A stretch of DNA of 64,000 bases from Curvularia clavata (taxonomy: Eukaryota), in assembly GCA_023920165.1 (NCBI GenBank), contig CP089279.1:1116001-1180000 (forward strand), read 5' to 3'. How positions within the stretch are numbered: position 1 is the first letter of the stretch; each line of letters opens with the position of its first letter. The position numbers and the translations under genes are program-made. Shown here one piece after another: positions 23,013 through 36,643 of the stretch. The notes beneath the pieces were generated by a model, which worked only from the letters and a program-made list of their open reading frames with translations, searched no databases and was not told the origin of the DNA.

Positions 23013-24675
23013 TTGTCGTTCAGGACGCCTTGTTTTGGTGTTATATTTCTTACGACGACAGGGATTAAAGGTAATGGACGTATTGCATTCCATGTCATGT
23101 GTGCGTTAGACCAAGAGAGGAGGTCAGCTCAAAATCACATCACTTCGATAGATTGTTGTTCATCAATTTCATACAAATACTTTAACGGAGATACTTCACC
23201 ATCCCCTCGACGCCAGTTCCTCTCTTTCTATCACCCATTCAGAATCCCCACAACCTCCCCTCCCACTCCCTCCTATCGTCAACGAACTCCATCTCCTCCT
23301 TTTCCACTCAATCTTCGATACACATATAAAACAGCATTCCTTTTCTCACTCACTCAGAGTAAATATAGCACACCCGCACCTACCCATCTCCAGATACACA
23401 AAGCAACGCAACACAAAAGCAACGTAAAGTAACCTCCGAACTCCCAAACGCACACCCATGCATGCATACATCTGGCGCCGTGCACCGCGCCGTACCGTTC
23501 CGCCGGGAACTTGCCCCCCCTCCTTCCTCTCGAAAAAAAAAAAACGAACTCCACGCTCACCACACCCTGTTTCCTTTTTTTTTCCTTCGCCCAGTAAACC
23601 CCCCCTAGCACCCTCTGTCGCAAAGCCTTTTCTTTTTCTTTTTCGTTGCATATGAAACGAAACAGGAAAACGAAACAGAGACAAGGTCGCGGGCTACGTG
23701 TGGCTAAGTTTAGATGTTCGTGTAGAATTGCCTTCCGGCAAACACCCCCCTGGCTTGCTCAATCCTTCCGCGGAGCATGAACGAGTGGGTCATGGGCGGG
23801 AAAGTCCGAGAGAAGGAAGAAAAGAAATGAGAACAAGGGATGGGGAGAAAAAAAGGAAGGAATGGGGGATCGACTGCATGGATAGTGGTGGGTACGAAGG
23901 GAGGGGGAAGTGATCAGAGGAGAAAGTGTGGGATGCCAGGGTGTAGGGCGTGGGGGTGTGTAAAAGTATCTGTCGAGTACATTTACACGGATGCAATAGA
24001 GGGCGCACATGGACAGGCAGAGTCAAAGTTCGTCTCCCTCTTTCCATGGCATAAAACGAATGTACAATATTGCGGGAAAAAGACCAAAATTCATCCTCAA
24101 AATTATGGCATTAGGTAAAAGACAAGATATGTATTGCACCAACCCTCTTAGCCTAGACATCGCCTCATGATGCCAATAGCGCCGTTAAAGCATCTAACAA
24201 CAATACCATGGTAATCCAGCAACCAAGCGGTCGGTAGCTTTATCTAATAGTAGTAGTAAAGTCAAAAGAGCAGAGAGACTGATGAAAAACAACAACAAAA
24301 AACAAAGCATTGACGGAACAGCGTGTCCACCAGAAACTTCTGAAGAAAGTCCTTCTTCTTGTACGACATGTAATGTGTATGGAAAGAGGAAAAAGACATG
24401 ATAATGATAACGTGTACTCCATCAAACCACATTTTGCCGAGGCTCCCAGACCGAAAACAATGCGGTGAGACTGGTGCAGAGGAGGAGGGATAAAGGATAT
24501 GTAACAACGAATGGAAAGGGAAAGGGAGGAAAGTATGGTATATGAACAATAGAATGCAGATATGCCGACCCATGGCGGAAAAGCAAACAATGAACAAGAT
24601 GAATCTTTGCAGGTCCTGTCAATACTTTTCTTTACAAACACTCTGAAGTGGGGCACTCTTCGAGCAGGGAACACT

Positions 24676-27565
24676 CTAAGAGCTCGTCTTCTCAAGGCTC
24701 ACGCCACCAGTGCTGGTCTTGCTGTCAGCCGACGCATCCGGGACAGCCTCGTCGACAGTAGAGGCGTTGGTGCTTGGGTGCGAACTGCTCAGCGGTGACT
24801 GAGTGGAACTGCTAAGAGCGGGCGTAGGCATAGTCGGCGAGTCTATGCGATCGTAGCGGTACATTTTCTTTTCAACCTTGGAGCGGTTAGCTGATTGCTA
24901 TGGTGGTTGCAATACCTGGATAACTTACTGATACACACTGTTTGCCGGGAATGACCTTCTTGGCCTTTTCGAGCTCCGGCTTGAGCTGCTGGACAAACAT
25001 CTCGTAGTCCTCCCGGTTGAGGGTATCCAAAAGCTTCTGGATAACATAGTTGCCGTAACCGTCCCGGAGTAGGTTCATGACGTTTGTCTCACCGCGCTCG
25101 TTCTTGGACAAGACAACGGACACGAGCTCGCGACGCTGTGCATCGTCGCTGCAGATCAGGCATCTCTCAACGACGTTGCTAGCAAACTTGTGCTTGGAGA
25201 AGACCAAAAACTGCGCCTTGATCAAGGCAACAATCTTGGCTCTGTCCTCAGGCAAACCATGCTCGATGACGTGTTGTGTAACGTAGTTTCCGTACTGGTC
25301 GGTGATGAGTTTTGGTCCCTCAGCATGAAGCTCCGTTAGGATGAACCTGCGCTGCGGTTCCGGTACTTTTTCCAGAAGTCGCTGGATGACACGGCAGCCG
25401 TAGGAGTTCACCGACAGCACGCCGACGTTGCCTCTGAAAGCCTCAACAATCTTCTGGATGTGGTGCATCGGGACGCGGTCAATGACTTTTTGAATGACGT
25501 GGTTGCCATTCTGATCCTTGACAGTCTTGAGCACATCCTTCTCAAGCTCCTTGACCATGGATGCTTGTTGTTCGGTGAGTGCATGTTCCAAGGCCTAGTC
25601 CCGTTAGTCTCAGTTCCACAACTGGAAATAAGCAAACATACCTTTTGGACGACGCGGCAAGCATACATCTGGTTGGCGAGCTCCAGGACGTGTCCCTTCA
25701 TCTTGCCAACCAGAATCTTCTTCTGGGTCTGGTCGCCATGCTCGAAGAACTTTTGAATGACGTAGTTGCCAAAGACATCCTGCATCAACTGCAGCGCATT
25801 TTCCTCGAGCTCCCGGAAGACGCTCTCTTTGACCTCGCTGTTGGCTGTTTCGAGCTTCTGCTGGATAAAACGCGAGCCGTGCTGGTCTCCAGCGAACTCA
25901 ACCACGTGGCCCTTGATGTCGGCCAATTCCCATCGCTTGCTCTGCTTTTGCTCCCTCTTGAAGTTTGCTAGCTCAGGGCTCATGGCGCCCAAGGCATCAC
26001 CAACATGTTGCTCGCGTGGGCCTCTTGGCGGCTGTTGTTGACCAGCCATCATTGGAGCCATGTTCATGTGCTGGGGCAGTGCAGAAAGTGGCAAACCGTT
26101 GGCCATGGCAAACTGGTACTGGAAAGGATTTTGCAGTTGCGCAGCAGGGAAGATGTGTTGAAACTGTTGCTGGTGGAGCTGGCCCGGTGAGATGTAGTTG
26201 CGCCTACCCTGCTGCGAGATCTGGAAGCCGGCTAGCTTGTTCTGTAGCTGAGCGACATTGTTTGGATGCGCCAAGTTTTGCTCGCTGCTGTAAGGGTTGA
26301 GACGGTCATAGACCAGTGGTGTGTTGATGTGAGAGTACATGGGACTTTGACGAACACTACCGCCGTTTGGAGCACTTTGGCTGTTGTTGAACTGGTGAGA
26401 CCGGAGCTGAGCATGTTGGGTATTGAGCTGGCTGTTCTGGAAGGCATCTGGAGTGTAAGACCCTGCATTCGACAAATACGAGTGGCCGTTGAGCGCGTCG
26501 TTGAGCTCCTCTCCTGGCGTAAAGGCCGAAGTAAGATTGGTAGTACTCGCCGACGTCCTGTGGGATGGCATGCGGGGTTCTGGTTCTTGTTCGTAGTTGA
26601 GCCTACCAAGTGCCTGGAACGAGTCGCTCTGAATGGAGCCACTCCGTTCCTGGTAGGCGCGACCGTTGGTAAGCGAGAAGGAAGAACCATGGCGGGGGGC
26701 TTGTGACAGCCTCGAGAATGCGTCCATGCCTTGGGGAAACTGGCTTGGTTCGGCGCCGTGTCGCGAAGGTGGCAGGCTTCCGCTTCGGGAGGGAGCTCCG
26801 CTAGAAGATGTGACATGGTCGGAGTTGGCTACGCTGCGGCGGTCATCGTTGGGAGAGTGCACCGATGCGGTATCAGGCCATGATGTAACTCCGGTGTCAG
26901 GACGATGAGCGTTGCTGTCTGACTGGTTGAAGGCAAAGTTGGAGAAACCGGCATTGAGCCCGTCAATCTGACGCGAAGCGTAGCTCGTGCCTGAAGTTTC
27001 TGGAAAGGGCTTCATGGGCTTGGAAAGCGAGCCTCTGGTTGAAGCAAACAGGCTAGACGAGGTGCCGTCAGCATAAGGCTGGCCTTGTTGCGCCTGCGCA
27101 ATTGGCCGCTTGCCCGCTGGTGAGACGGCGGAGCTTCTGGCTTGTGATAAGCTTCCGGAGGGGTTTTCGGTCCAAGCTTGTCGGGCGCTTGGTCTCCATT
27201 CGGTTTCTGAATTGGCGACAAGCGAGCTGGAGCCTGTCTTGCCCTCTGTAAGATTTGACGCGGCGCCGGTGAGAGCAGCGCTGTCTGCACACATGTTAGT
27301 TCTGTCAGCCATATCGGCGCGTGCTAACCTACCTCGAGAGCGCGAGCTGTCTCTGCCGGTAGAGCCGAGTGCGAAGGTGCCAATGGGGGCATTCCAGATG
27401 CTGTTGCCCCATGGGGACGAGTGTGCTGAGCGCTCAGAGTCGGTGCCGTTGAGCGACATGGCATTGCCAAAGTCGCGCGATCGGATCTGGGGTGTTTGCG
27501 TTAGCATGGGCATTGCCAGTAGTGGTGGGGAGGGTGCTACGCACATTGCCCGTCATGGCGGCCAT
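24676..27565 (-). CDS. PUF3: Pumilio/PUF RNA-binding protein, Puf3 type (8 PUF repeats), 5 exons
   Basis: Repeat recognition motifs SRFIQ, NYVIQ, CRVVQ, NHVIQ, CRVIQ, NYVTQ, SNVVE, NYVIQ are the Puf3/Pum code for UGUANAUA. Introns 27487-27544, 27285-27332, 25595-25641 and 24877-24928 all join in frame. Confidence 0.9.
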
Positions 27566-30500
27566 ATTACGATTGGGTTCACTAGGCGGAGGGTTCATGT
27601 ACAGAGCCAGTCGAGGCGATACAGTGTATATATGTGTGGGCGACGAGCAGGCAGGACTTTGTGCAATGCAGGGCGGTATGTGTTATGTGGATAGGCTGGG
27701 TGGGAGAATGGGCCAGGGTCGAGCTAAAAGGCTGAAGCGTCAGCACAGGCAGGGTAGGTGCTGGGAGTTTGGGCGGACCAACGCTTGTATTACGGCTCGC
27801 ACAGCGGCGGGGCAGGGCGGAGGAATATACGAAGAAGGTGTGTGTACAAGGACGTGGCAGCGAAGGAGACGAGAGAGAGAAGAGAAAAAGGCCACGGGGT
27901 GGGCAGATTGATATAGCGTCGTTTGTGCGTGAGCAAGAGCGGTGCCCTGGGACGAGGGGGAGCGAACTGTGGTTGCAGTGTAGGCGGGGGGACGGGATTG
28001 GAAGTGGCGTATGGGTTTGCTTGGGCGGGTGGGCGTATGTGTTCCTTCTAGCCAGTGTAGATGCGAGTGTCTAAGCAATCGAAGAGCGCGCCAGGCGGGG
28101 AACGCATCAGGGTCGACAACCAGTTGTAGCGGGGATCCAAGGACGCGCGGGCGGGTCTTATATGTGTGGCGGGGCGGGCGCTGGGTGGATGGCGGAGAGA
28201 GGGGAGAGGACTTGGAGGAGAGGGTGGTAGCGGCACAGACGGGCGAGAGGGCTGCGTAGTGTAGGAGGGTGTGGTGTGTGTAGTATGTAGGTGAAGACGT
28301 CTTTTTGCTGGCACTGCGCTGCTGGGCCCTGGCGAGAATGGGATCGGCAGCTAAGTTTGGCGTCCGCTTCCAGCTGGGGTACGCTAATCGTCGAGGCTGC
28401 AACCACGACACGGCAGGACAGGGTCGTATCGAGGGTGGGATACTGGGGCAATGGGGCGACTTGTAGATGCAATGGTGAGCAGAGGACAGCGCCAGAAGAA
28501 CACCGTCGCCCTTAGCCTCCCTTTGGCCTTCTTTGTCACTGCAATGCGCTCGTGTGCGCCAAGGCCGAGTCAGGGACGATGCGGCAGCGCACTCCGGCCG
28601 ATCTGCTGAATGCTTGCGGTGCCCGGTATGGCGGCCTGAGACACTTCCCCTCGCATGGACAGGAGCTGTGGAGCATCAAGTCCAGGCCGACGTGTTTCAC
28701 CACCACCCCGCCCGACGTCTGCCATGCACGTACGAGCCTGTCATATGCCCGAGCTTCTGAGCAACATGGCCCTCTGCTATACCTCCCCGTCGCCACGATA
28801 CACGACCTGGTCTGGCCAGCCCGTCTGCGACTGACTGCCTTCTCACCCAGCCCACGCCGAGCCGCATGCAGCCTTTGTCGCGACAAAGACGCCGCCGTCT
28901 TTGGTCGGCCATACATACCTGGCACCAGTTTGCAAACACAGCCGTCCCGGCTCCATGGGCATGCACAAGGCTGCACCAAAAGTCGTCGTAGCAAATTCTG
29001 AGCCCCCTCGTGACCTGGGCCATCCATGGATGGCCTTCGCTGACGATGCTCCCTGCAATATAACGCCTCCAGCATGCGCGTTTGCGCTGCCTGCCTGCAC
29101 GCTGCTCCCGAGGCGTCCACTGAGCCATTTTACTACCTCTCCACCTTGTGCTCTTGCTTTCGTCCTGCGCTGTGCTGGCAAAAAAGACGTCGCCAAGTCG
29201 ACGAGGCCGTCAGAGCCCCCGCTTGCCCTTCCAAGTTCCTTTTCAGTCGCTCGTTTGGTTCGCCTCCAGAAGGCTGTGTAGCGCAAATAGGCCACCCTCT
29301 AGGCAGCACAGGCGTCACCATTACTGCCACGCCGTTTTCACAAGGCTGCCCGCAAATGCCATCGTGGCGCTTCTCCTCTGCGAGGGAGCCTGCTTGCTCT
29401 TCTGGTCTGGTGAGACTAGAGCCTGCATAGCTTCCCTGCACACAAACAAAACGCATTTCGTCCTTGACCTAGACAGACACGGCGTTGCACACACTTGCAC
29501 GCTTCCACACGCACTTCTCGTCACGGCCTCGCCAGCCAAGTGTTGGAAAGCTATTCAGAGCCCAAGATGCGACGGCCTCAGGAGCCAAAGTGTCGCATCG
29601 CAAAAAGGCAAGCGCTTGGCGTTAGGGAGCGCAAAAGCATCAAGCTTCCCCAAGACTCAAACAAAGACACCGCCGCTGACATGTTTAATGGCCGGCACGC
29701 TTGCTTCGGCTACAAGGCATCCCGTAGCATCCGGCCGTCAGTCGCGTGCTGCTAATTAACGCCTGCGGAGCAGAAAGTTGCCCTAAGCAATACTTGGACA
29801 TTTCAAGGCCTGTGGGAACAGCAAGACGGCTTGGTTGAGCCAAGGGAAGGGGGGAGACAGGCCTGAGGTGGCTCCAGTTCCATCGCTCACCGCAGTGCGC
29901 GCCTTGCTCCCGATCGGCCATGACGTTTGGCAAGCCATCGTTCCATACGCGCGTTGGTACCGTCTGTGTTATCGGCCAGGATGATCTTCTATCGCTCCAC
30001 ATCGCGCGCCCACAATGTTCGTCTCAGGCAATAATGCCCATCCCCCTCTCTCGGCGCCGTTGGCCTTCTTGTCCTCCGCCGACTCAAACGCATAATGTGT
30101 CGGTCCCAATGAGTTTAACGCAACAGGCACGCTCGCCAACACGACATACTACATAGTCTGGGGCACTCGTCCTCAACCGCAGCACAACGAGGACGTGCTG
30201 ACCTGCGATCCACCTGCGATCCACCGTGCAGAGTCTCGACCGCTCGCCTAGCCTCTTCCCCCCGGCGTCCCTATTACCGCTCCTTGCACTGCCCAGAGGT
30301 TCCTTGACAAAACACGATTCGTTTGTTATTGTTGTTGATGCTGTCTGTTTGGTTTGCTGTCTCGTCGACTTTTTTTTTGCTGACCGCGTTCCATGCTGTG
30401 CATAGCGCAAACTGTGTGACGCCATCAAGCGGCCAGTGACACTGCTCTCCCCTTTTCTTTTTTGGTGGCCATAGCGGAGCGAACGACGGGCGCGAAGATG

Positions 30501-30899
30501 GTGCCAAATTAAGAGCGATAGGATGAGCGTCGTCTGCAGTCGTCTTTATTGCGTCGTTCGATTCAGGCCTAGCGCGCGCGGCTCCTTCACCTCTTTCGTC
30601 TAGCGGTTGAGAAGACGCGTTTTGGCACCGCCTGTGATTGGCTGCCCAGCTCTGAGCCTTCTCTGTACCTGCATTGGGGAGACCGCCAGGCGCTTTTGCC
30701 CTGCGCCGTCAAAATAACGTCGTCGCCCGCTTGGTTCGACCTCTTCGATCACCTTCCTGCGGTCCTGCCCAGTGTTCCATCATTTGTTACCCTCATTTTT
30801 GAATCATCGCTTCACTCTTTCAGCGGTATTCGCATTACGCTCTTTCCTACTTGTGTCTCTCGTTGCCTACTTACTTGCAAAACACCGGTGCTCTATTAG

Positions 30900-31015
30900 G
30901 TGTGTTTCCGAAACCGTCCGCTTGTGCCTGTCATTGTTTCGCCTACACAACGATGACAACGGCGACAGCACCAAGCATGCAACACCACTCCAGTACCATG
31001 GTTGCTAACATGCAG
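30900..31015 (+). other. Probable 5' UTR intron of the gene at 31115
   Basis: AG|GTGTGT donor and GCTAAC-ATGCAG branch/acceptor; splicing would remove several upstream ATGs. Confidence 0.6.
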
Positions 31016-31114
31016 GCAGCGACTATATATCTTAATCGCCATCATCGTACCCAGAGCCATCTGCACGCCTTCGATACGCCTTAACGACCACACAAACCAA
31101 TACCAACACCCACA

Positions 31115-31639
31115 ATGATGAACATCAACCTTCTCAAGCGCGACGAGGACGACAGCCTCAACTCCACCCACATCACGCTCCTTGTCACTCTTGTCCTGCT
31201 AGTTCTGCTCGGCGTAGCAAGCATAACAGGCCTCTTGTTCCTGCGAAGCCTCCGCCGGGCAAGGAAACACGCCCAGGCCAACCCAGAACTCCCCGTCTAT
31301 GAGAAGCGCCAATCAAACGTCAATGGCTTGACGATTACCGCGATGCCATACAAGGGCCGGGAATCGGTCATCACCTACTCAGAAAAACACTCTCTCATGG
31401 ACAGTCCCACCAGCCCAGTTCCCGAAATCCGCATCACCTTCCCTGACGAGGTTGACGAGTCCGGCAAGCCCCAGTCCGGCCGCGTGGTGGTTGTTCGCGT
31501 TGGAGACCACAGCGTTGGGCTGGAGCCTTTGCAAGAGGACCTCCCAGCTTACCAGCAATCCGCATCAGACCGCTTCGATTCGCTCGACTTGGATCGTATG
31601 GGTGGCCTGAAGGAGAAGGACGACAAGTACTACTCGTAA
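31115..31639 (+). CDS. Small single-pass membrane protein with PxIxIT and two LPxY motifs
   Basis: 174-aa ORF; hydrophobic segment ITLLVTLVLLVLLGVASITGLLFL followed by basic RSLRRARK; cytosolic tail with LPVY, PEIRIT and LPAY. Confidence 0.85.
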   Translation: MMNINLLKRDEDDSLNSTHITLLVTLVLLVLLGVASITGLLFLRSLRRARKHAQANPELPVYEKRQSNVNGLTITAMPYKGRESVITYSEKHSLMDSPTSPVPEIRITFPDEVDESGKPQSGRVVVVRVGDHSVGLEPLQEDLPAYQQSASDRFDSLDLDRMGGLKEKDDKYYS

Positions 31640-32421
31640 TCTCGGCCCACTCCGACCCCAACGCCAATTACCCGGCCAGGCCATCGTTTCGAAGAGGTCT
31701 GGCAGCCCGGGCTTTCGAGCCACTTGGCTATGACCGACTTATTCTTGATGACGGCTATACCGCGCTGAACTTCAGCTTCTACCAAATCTTCGAAGCTTGA
31801 AAAGCATGGTGGTGGCACTACACATGTATATTCTCCGAGTTGACTGGCCAATTTGTTGTAGCATACCTCTCACGATTGGCCAGCTCTTCAACGAGGTTTC
31901 TGGATCTCTTACATAACTCTTATTCATTAATGTATGCTATCTACACTTCTCTCTAGCGCCTGCATCAAGCAGCATGAGAGCCAAATACAAGCCTTGACCA
32001 ACATAACTCGTGTGTGCTGCTGTTCTGTGATGTCCCAACAATCCGACCATGGTACCAATGCGCTCAATCACGCCCCCATTGACGTCAGTGCCGCAAGTGT
32101 ACCGTTGGGATACTCCGTATCGACTCCGTTAGTGTTCCTTCAGCAAATGTCCGAAAAACAAAGCCAAAGCTGATGAAGCCTTAGGCCAGTCCTTAGTTCC
32201 TTAGTCACGCACCTAAATGGCGGGTGCGTGTCATCGGCGCGGGCTCGGCATTACCGTGATCCACTCTTGCGTGTTGCGACAGACCCTCTCCCGTAACCTC
32301 CGCAACAACTTTCTTCTCATGGCTTCTGTCGCTCCTTGAGGCCCACTGAGCCACCCCGACTACATTCCATTTTCCAATTGGCGTCTTGCCTTAGCCGATT
32401 GGCTTCTTCTCTTTAGTCGCC

Positions 32422-35400
32422 ATGGCGAACCGCGAGGTGTTTACTCCGCTGTCCGAAATCACTGGCCAGAAGAGTGCTCCAAAAGCTAAGCAGAATGTGC
32501 CCCAGCCGCAACAACAAGCAGCGCAAGCTCCGCGAACAATGGTGCATGATCCGGACAAGGTGAAAAAGCTTAGTCAGGTGCATTTCAAGGCCTCGCACGG
32601 CATCTTGGTAGCTTTCTTTTGCTTCATGTTGTAAGTTCTTGGTGGAGCTCCCCTCATGCTCCGAGACACGCTTCGCCAACACATCTGACGCGCACCAGTG
32701 TACTTCATATCCTTGGTATATATCTATTTACTAGCGGCTTTCTCCTTACGCGTTTGGTTCTCGACCACAAGTCAGAGTGTGCATTGCCTCCTATCGACGC
32801 AGCGAACTCGTACACGACAGGCAATGCTGAGAAGGGATGCTGGCACCCAAAGACATTCAACAAGGCGGTTGTCATCATTGTCGATGCCCTCCGATATGAC
32901 TTTACGGTGCCGTTCGAGGCCCAATTCGAACCCACCAATCTGGCTGCTGCTGCCGCGAACCCCTCTGAAGCACCGCCAGTTGCTCCACGTCATTTCCACA
33001 ACGCGTTTCCAGTCCTCTACGAGACAGCAATGAGCCAGCCTCAGAACGCATTCCTCCTGCCTTTCATCGCCGATCCACCTACGGCCACCATGCAAAGATT
33101 AAAGGGGCTCACAACCGGCACGCTGCCAACCTTTATCGATGTGGGAAGCAACTTTGCAGGCCAGGCCATCCTCGAAGATAACCTTGTTGCTCAGTTGAAG
33201 AACGCAAGCAAGAGGGTAGTGCATTTGGGAGACGACACATGGCATGCACTTTTCACTGATTACTTCGAGCCCAATCTCACACATGCATACGATTCGTTCA
33301 ATGTCTGGGACCTGCACACCGTAGACAATGGCGTGACAGAGCACATCTTCCCATTGCTGAAGGCTGAGAATGCAAGCAAATGGGATGTCATCTTCGGCCA
33401 CTACCTGGGTGTAGACCATGCTGGACACCGCTACGGTCCCGACCACCCCGCTATGACCGCGAAGCTGAATGAAATGGATGGCGTCTTCCGCCGCATGATC
33501 GACGAGATTGACGATGATACACTTTTGGTAGTCATGGGCGACCATGGCATGGACTCCAAGGGAGATCATGGTGGAGAATCAGATGATGAGATCCAGGCTG
33601 CTCTGTGGATGTACTCCAAGAAGGGTATCTTTGGACGGAGCGACCCTTCTCATGCTACCCCTCCACGCAACGCTCACATTAGGCCCGTCGGTCAGATTGA
33701 TCTTGTTCCAACCCTCTCGCTCTTGCTGGGTATGCCGATTCCGTTCAACAACCTTGGAAAGCCGATCGAAGAAGCTTTCATCGGAAAGAAAGGAGACAAC
33801 TTCGCAAATCTCGCAGCGGTCAACCGCATGACTGCTGCACAGATCTACAGATACCAGCAGGAATACGCAGTGGCTCGCAGCATCCCTGATACTGCTAGAG
33901 CTACCTCGCTCTCGCTGTGGAAAGTTGCAAACGATGCGTGGAACTCACTCGGCAAGGCCAAGGCAAACAGTGCAGAAATGCGTCAAGCTTACGAGGCCTT
34001 CTCTGCCTACCAGCGCGATACTCTCGGCCTTTGTCGTGCCCTTTGGACCAGCTTCGACATCCCGAGAATGGTGAGCGGTGTCACGATTCTGGCGTCTAGT
34101 TTGATCGTACTGGCGCTTTACGCTAGAATCCTCCACGGAGACAAAACCGAAGTCACACCCGTCTTTTTCACTCGTGGCGCCATTGGCCTGGTTCTTGGAG
34201 GTATCGTCGGTGTCGGCATCACTGTCTTTATGCCTGAGGATGCCAGATCACATGTTGTTGTCCTTTCTTCCGCTCTCTCTGGAATCATTGGCTGCGCCTC
34301 TACATTCTACGCTCTTAGCTACCGTATGATGCCTCTTATGCCTAACACCATCTGGGGCTGGGTGAGCATTATATTCACTTTCGCACTTTCTGCCGGCTTC
34401 GCAGCCAACTCATTTACCATCTGGGAAGACGAAATCCTGCTTCATTTCTTGACGACATTTGGCGTTCTCGCCCTCATCTCGTCGTTCCGCCAGAGGCGTC
34501 TTGCAGACCGAACGTTGGGTGCCTATCACTCTATTCTCTTCACAGCCCTGCTTAGAGTGGCTAGCTTCTCGAGGCTTTGTAGAGAAGAACAGATGCCTTA
34601 CTGCAAGTCCACGTATTACGCCTCGGCACTGTCTTCGACCTCTGCACCATGGCAACTCGCTATCCCTGTTGTCGTCGCTATTCTCATCCCTACTTTCATC
34701 AAGAGCTATTACGAGGGCACTAAGAGCTACCAGCACAATGCCACTCTCTGGATTGGGCTAGCATTGCGCTTTGGGCTGATGCTCTCTGCGGCTTACTGGA
34801 TTCTTGATGCCGCTGACGATGGCGAGTGGGTGCCTGGCTGGACAAACGTTATCCGCATTTCGAAGCGTTTCCTTGCACAGATTGTGCTGGCAATCAGCAT
34901 GGCGTTTGGATACTCGATTTACAACTGGTCCAAGCCCCTCCTGAACGTTATCATCGACAAGGACGGTGGCAAAGATGAGAATGGCGCACCAAAAGAGGCG
35001 GTCACCGTTCTTGGATTCGCCAACGTCCACGGCTCGCGCTACGCTCTCCTCATTACCATTTGGTACCTGGCCATTGCCGTTCTTCAGAAGCCAATGGGAG
35101 CTGGTGCCATGGGTATTTTGGTCTGGCAGGTCTTCTCTCTTTTCGAAATCATGGACACAAACAATCTGCGCCAGTCGCCTATCGGCCCCGTTGTCCTGGG
35201 CCTCCTCGGATCCTTCCACTTCTTCAAGACCGGCCACCAAGCTACGCTTTCAAGCATTCAGTGGGAGTCGGCTTTTATCCCGCTCGCTAAGATTCGCTAT
35301 CCATGGACACCCATCCTTGTTGTTCTTAACACTTTTGGCGCACAGATCCTGTGTGCAGTCGCTGTACCCGCCCTTGTTCTATGGAAGGTCAAGCCGCAGA

Positions 35401-35654
35401 AGAAGGGTCTGTTGAGTGTTGTGGCCAAAGCTGTGGCTACACATATTCTCTTCTATGCTACTGTCAACCTGGCGACAACCATGTGGGCTGGCCACCTCAG
35501 GAGACACTTGATGCTGTACCGCATTTTCAACCCTCGGTTCATGGTTGGCGCTGCAGTGCTCCTTGTTGTAGATCTCGTTAGCATTGCCATCGCGCTTTGG
35601 GGTACGAGGATGAGCATGTTGAGTACGGCGGAAGTGTTTGGCTTTGGTGGTTAA
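32422..35654 (+). CDS. GPI13: GPI ethanolamine phosphate transferase 3 (Gpi13/PIG-O), 2 exons
   Basis: FTSGFLLTR, IVDALRYDF, ADPPTATMQRLKGLTTGTLPTFID, HYLGVDHAGHRYGP, MGDHGMD..GDHGG, FFKTGHQATLSSIQW, LRRHLMLYRIFNPRF. Intron 32631-32698. Confidence 0.96.
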
Positions 35655-36187
35655 GGTAGAGGTAAAGTGGATAAGACTTGATGTCTTTCTTAAGAGAACA
35701 AAAGAAGCGTTCTGTCTTACTTTTTGTGATACTATAGCGACTACGCATATAAAGTCTTTATCCCCCTATGTCAATGTAATTCAAGACTAAAATTCTCTTG
35801 CCTTCTCCTGCTGTTACTAGTGCGGCCACCTCACGCCTTCTTTCCCTTCCTGTCCGCACCACGCTTCATGTCTGACTCTCCTTCCTCCTTCCCCTCCCAC
35901 CGCCAGAACCCATCGAACACTCGGTCCAGACAACCTGCGTCCTAGCCTCGACCACAACTCTGCGGTGAGCCGTTTGCCGTTCTCTCACCTGACCTACCAT
36001 CATGCAATTACTTCTCTCTCACCTCACCTCACCGCCCCGCCTCAAATGATACTCCGACTCGAGGTAAACGAAGGTGAGTGAAGGTAAACGGAGGTAAGAG
36101 CGAGCGGCGAAACTTGTTAATACTGCTCCCCTGGCGTATAAAGGTAGGTTCGATATAGCCTTCTCTTTCCTCACTTCTCCTCTTCCT

Positions 36188-36220
36188 TTCTTCTTCTTCT
36201 TCTTCTTCTTCTTCTTCTTC
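36188..36220. repeat. (TTC)11 microsatellite in the pyrimidine-rich leader downstream of a TATAAA (36137)
   Basis: Eleven perfect TTC units read directly. Confidence 0.9.
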
Positions 36221-36643
36221 ATTATATACTTCTCTGCGTAGGTATTCACGCACCCACGTTCTCACCATTACCCATTCGCCCATCTGTTGACCCATTCACT
36301 CACTCACCTATCTCTTTATCCGCCCGCCCGCCCCTGCTATCGACTCTATTGCTCTTTACATGGGACAGCGGCAGATTGGAACTGACATTTTTGCTAGTCG
36401 AAACCTACATTTCAATACACTTGGTATATTAATTGCGTTCGGGGCGATTGATATATTTGGTAATACAACAGTGGTAAGTTATGTTGGAATTATCTGAGTA
36501 CGTCGATTGTATACTGACCCAAAACATAGGCTCCGAAGTGATCGTCTCGAGTTCGAGGCTTTGGATATAGTACGATTGATATAAGTCAATTGGCAGAACG
36601 ACTCCACGGATTACACAATACGGCTAGACAACTACAAGACATT

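Noticed and set aside
23013..24675. Puf3 autoregulation through its own 3' UTR
   Set aside because: By eye I found only imperfect sites (UGUAAAUG, UGUACAUU) on the sense strand and no perfect UGUANAUA.
27740..30507. Overlapping 100-220 aa ORFs on both strands between PUF3 and the gene at 31115
   Set aside because: No consistent coding strand, Cys/Arg-rich random composition and no domain motifs.
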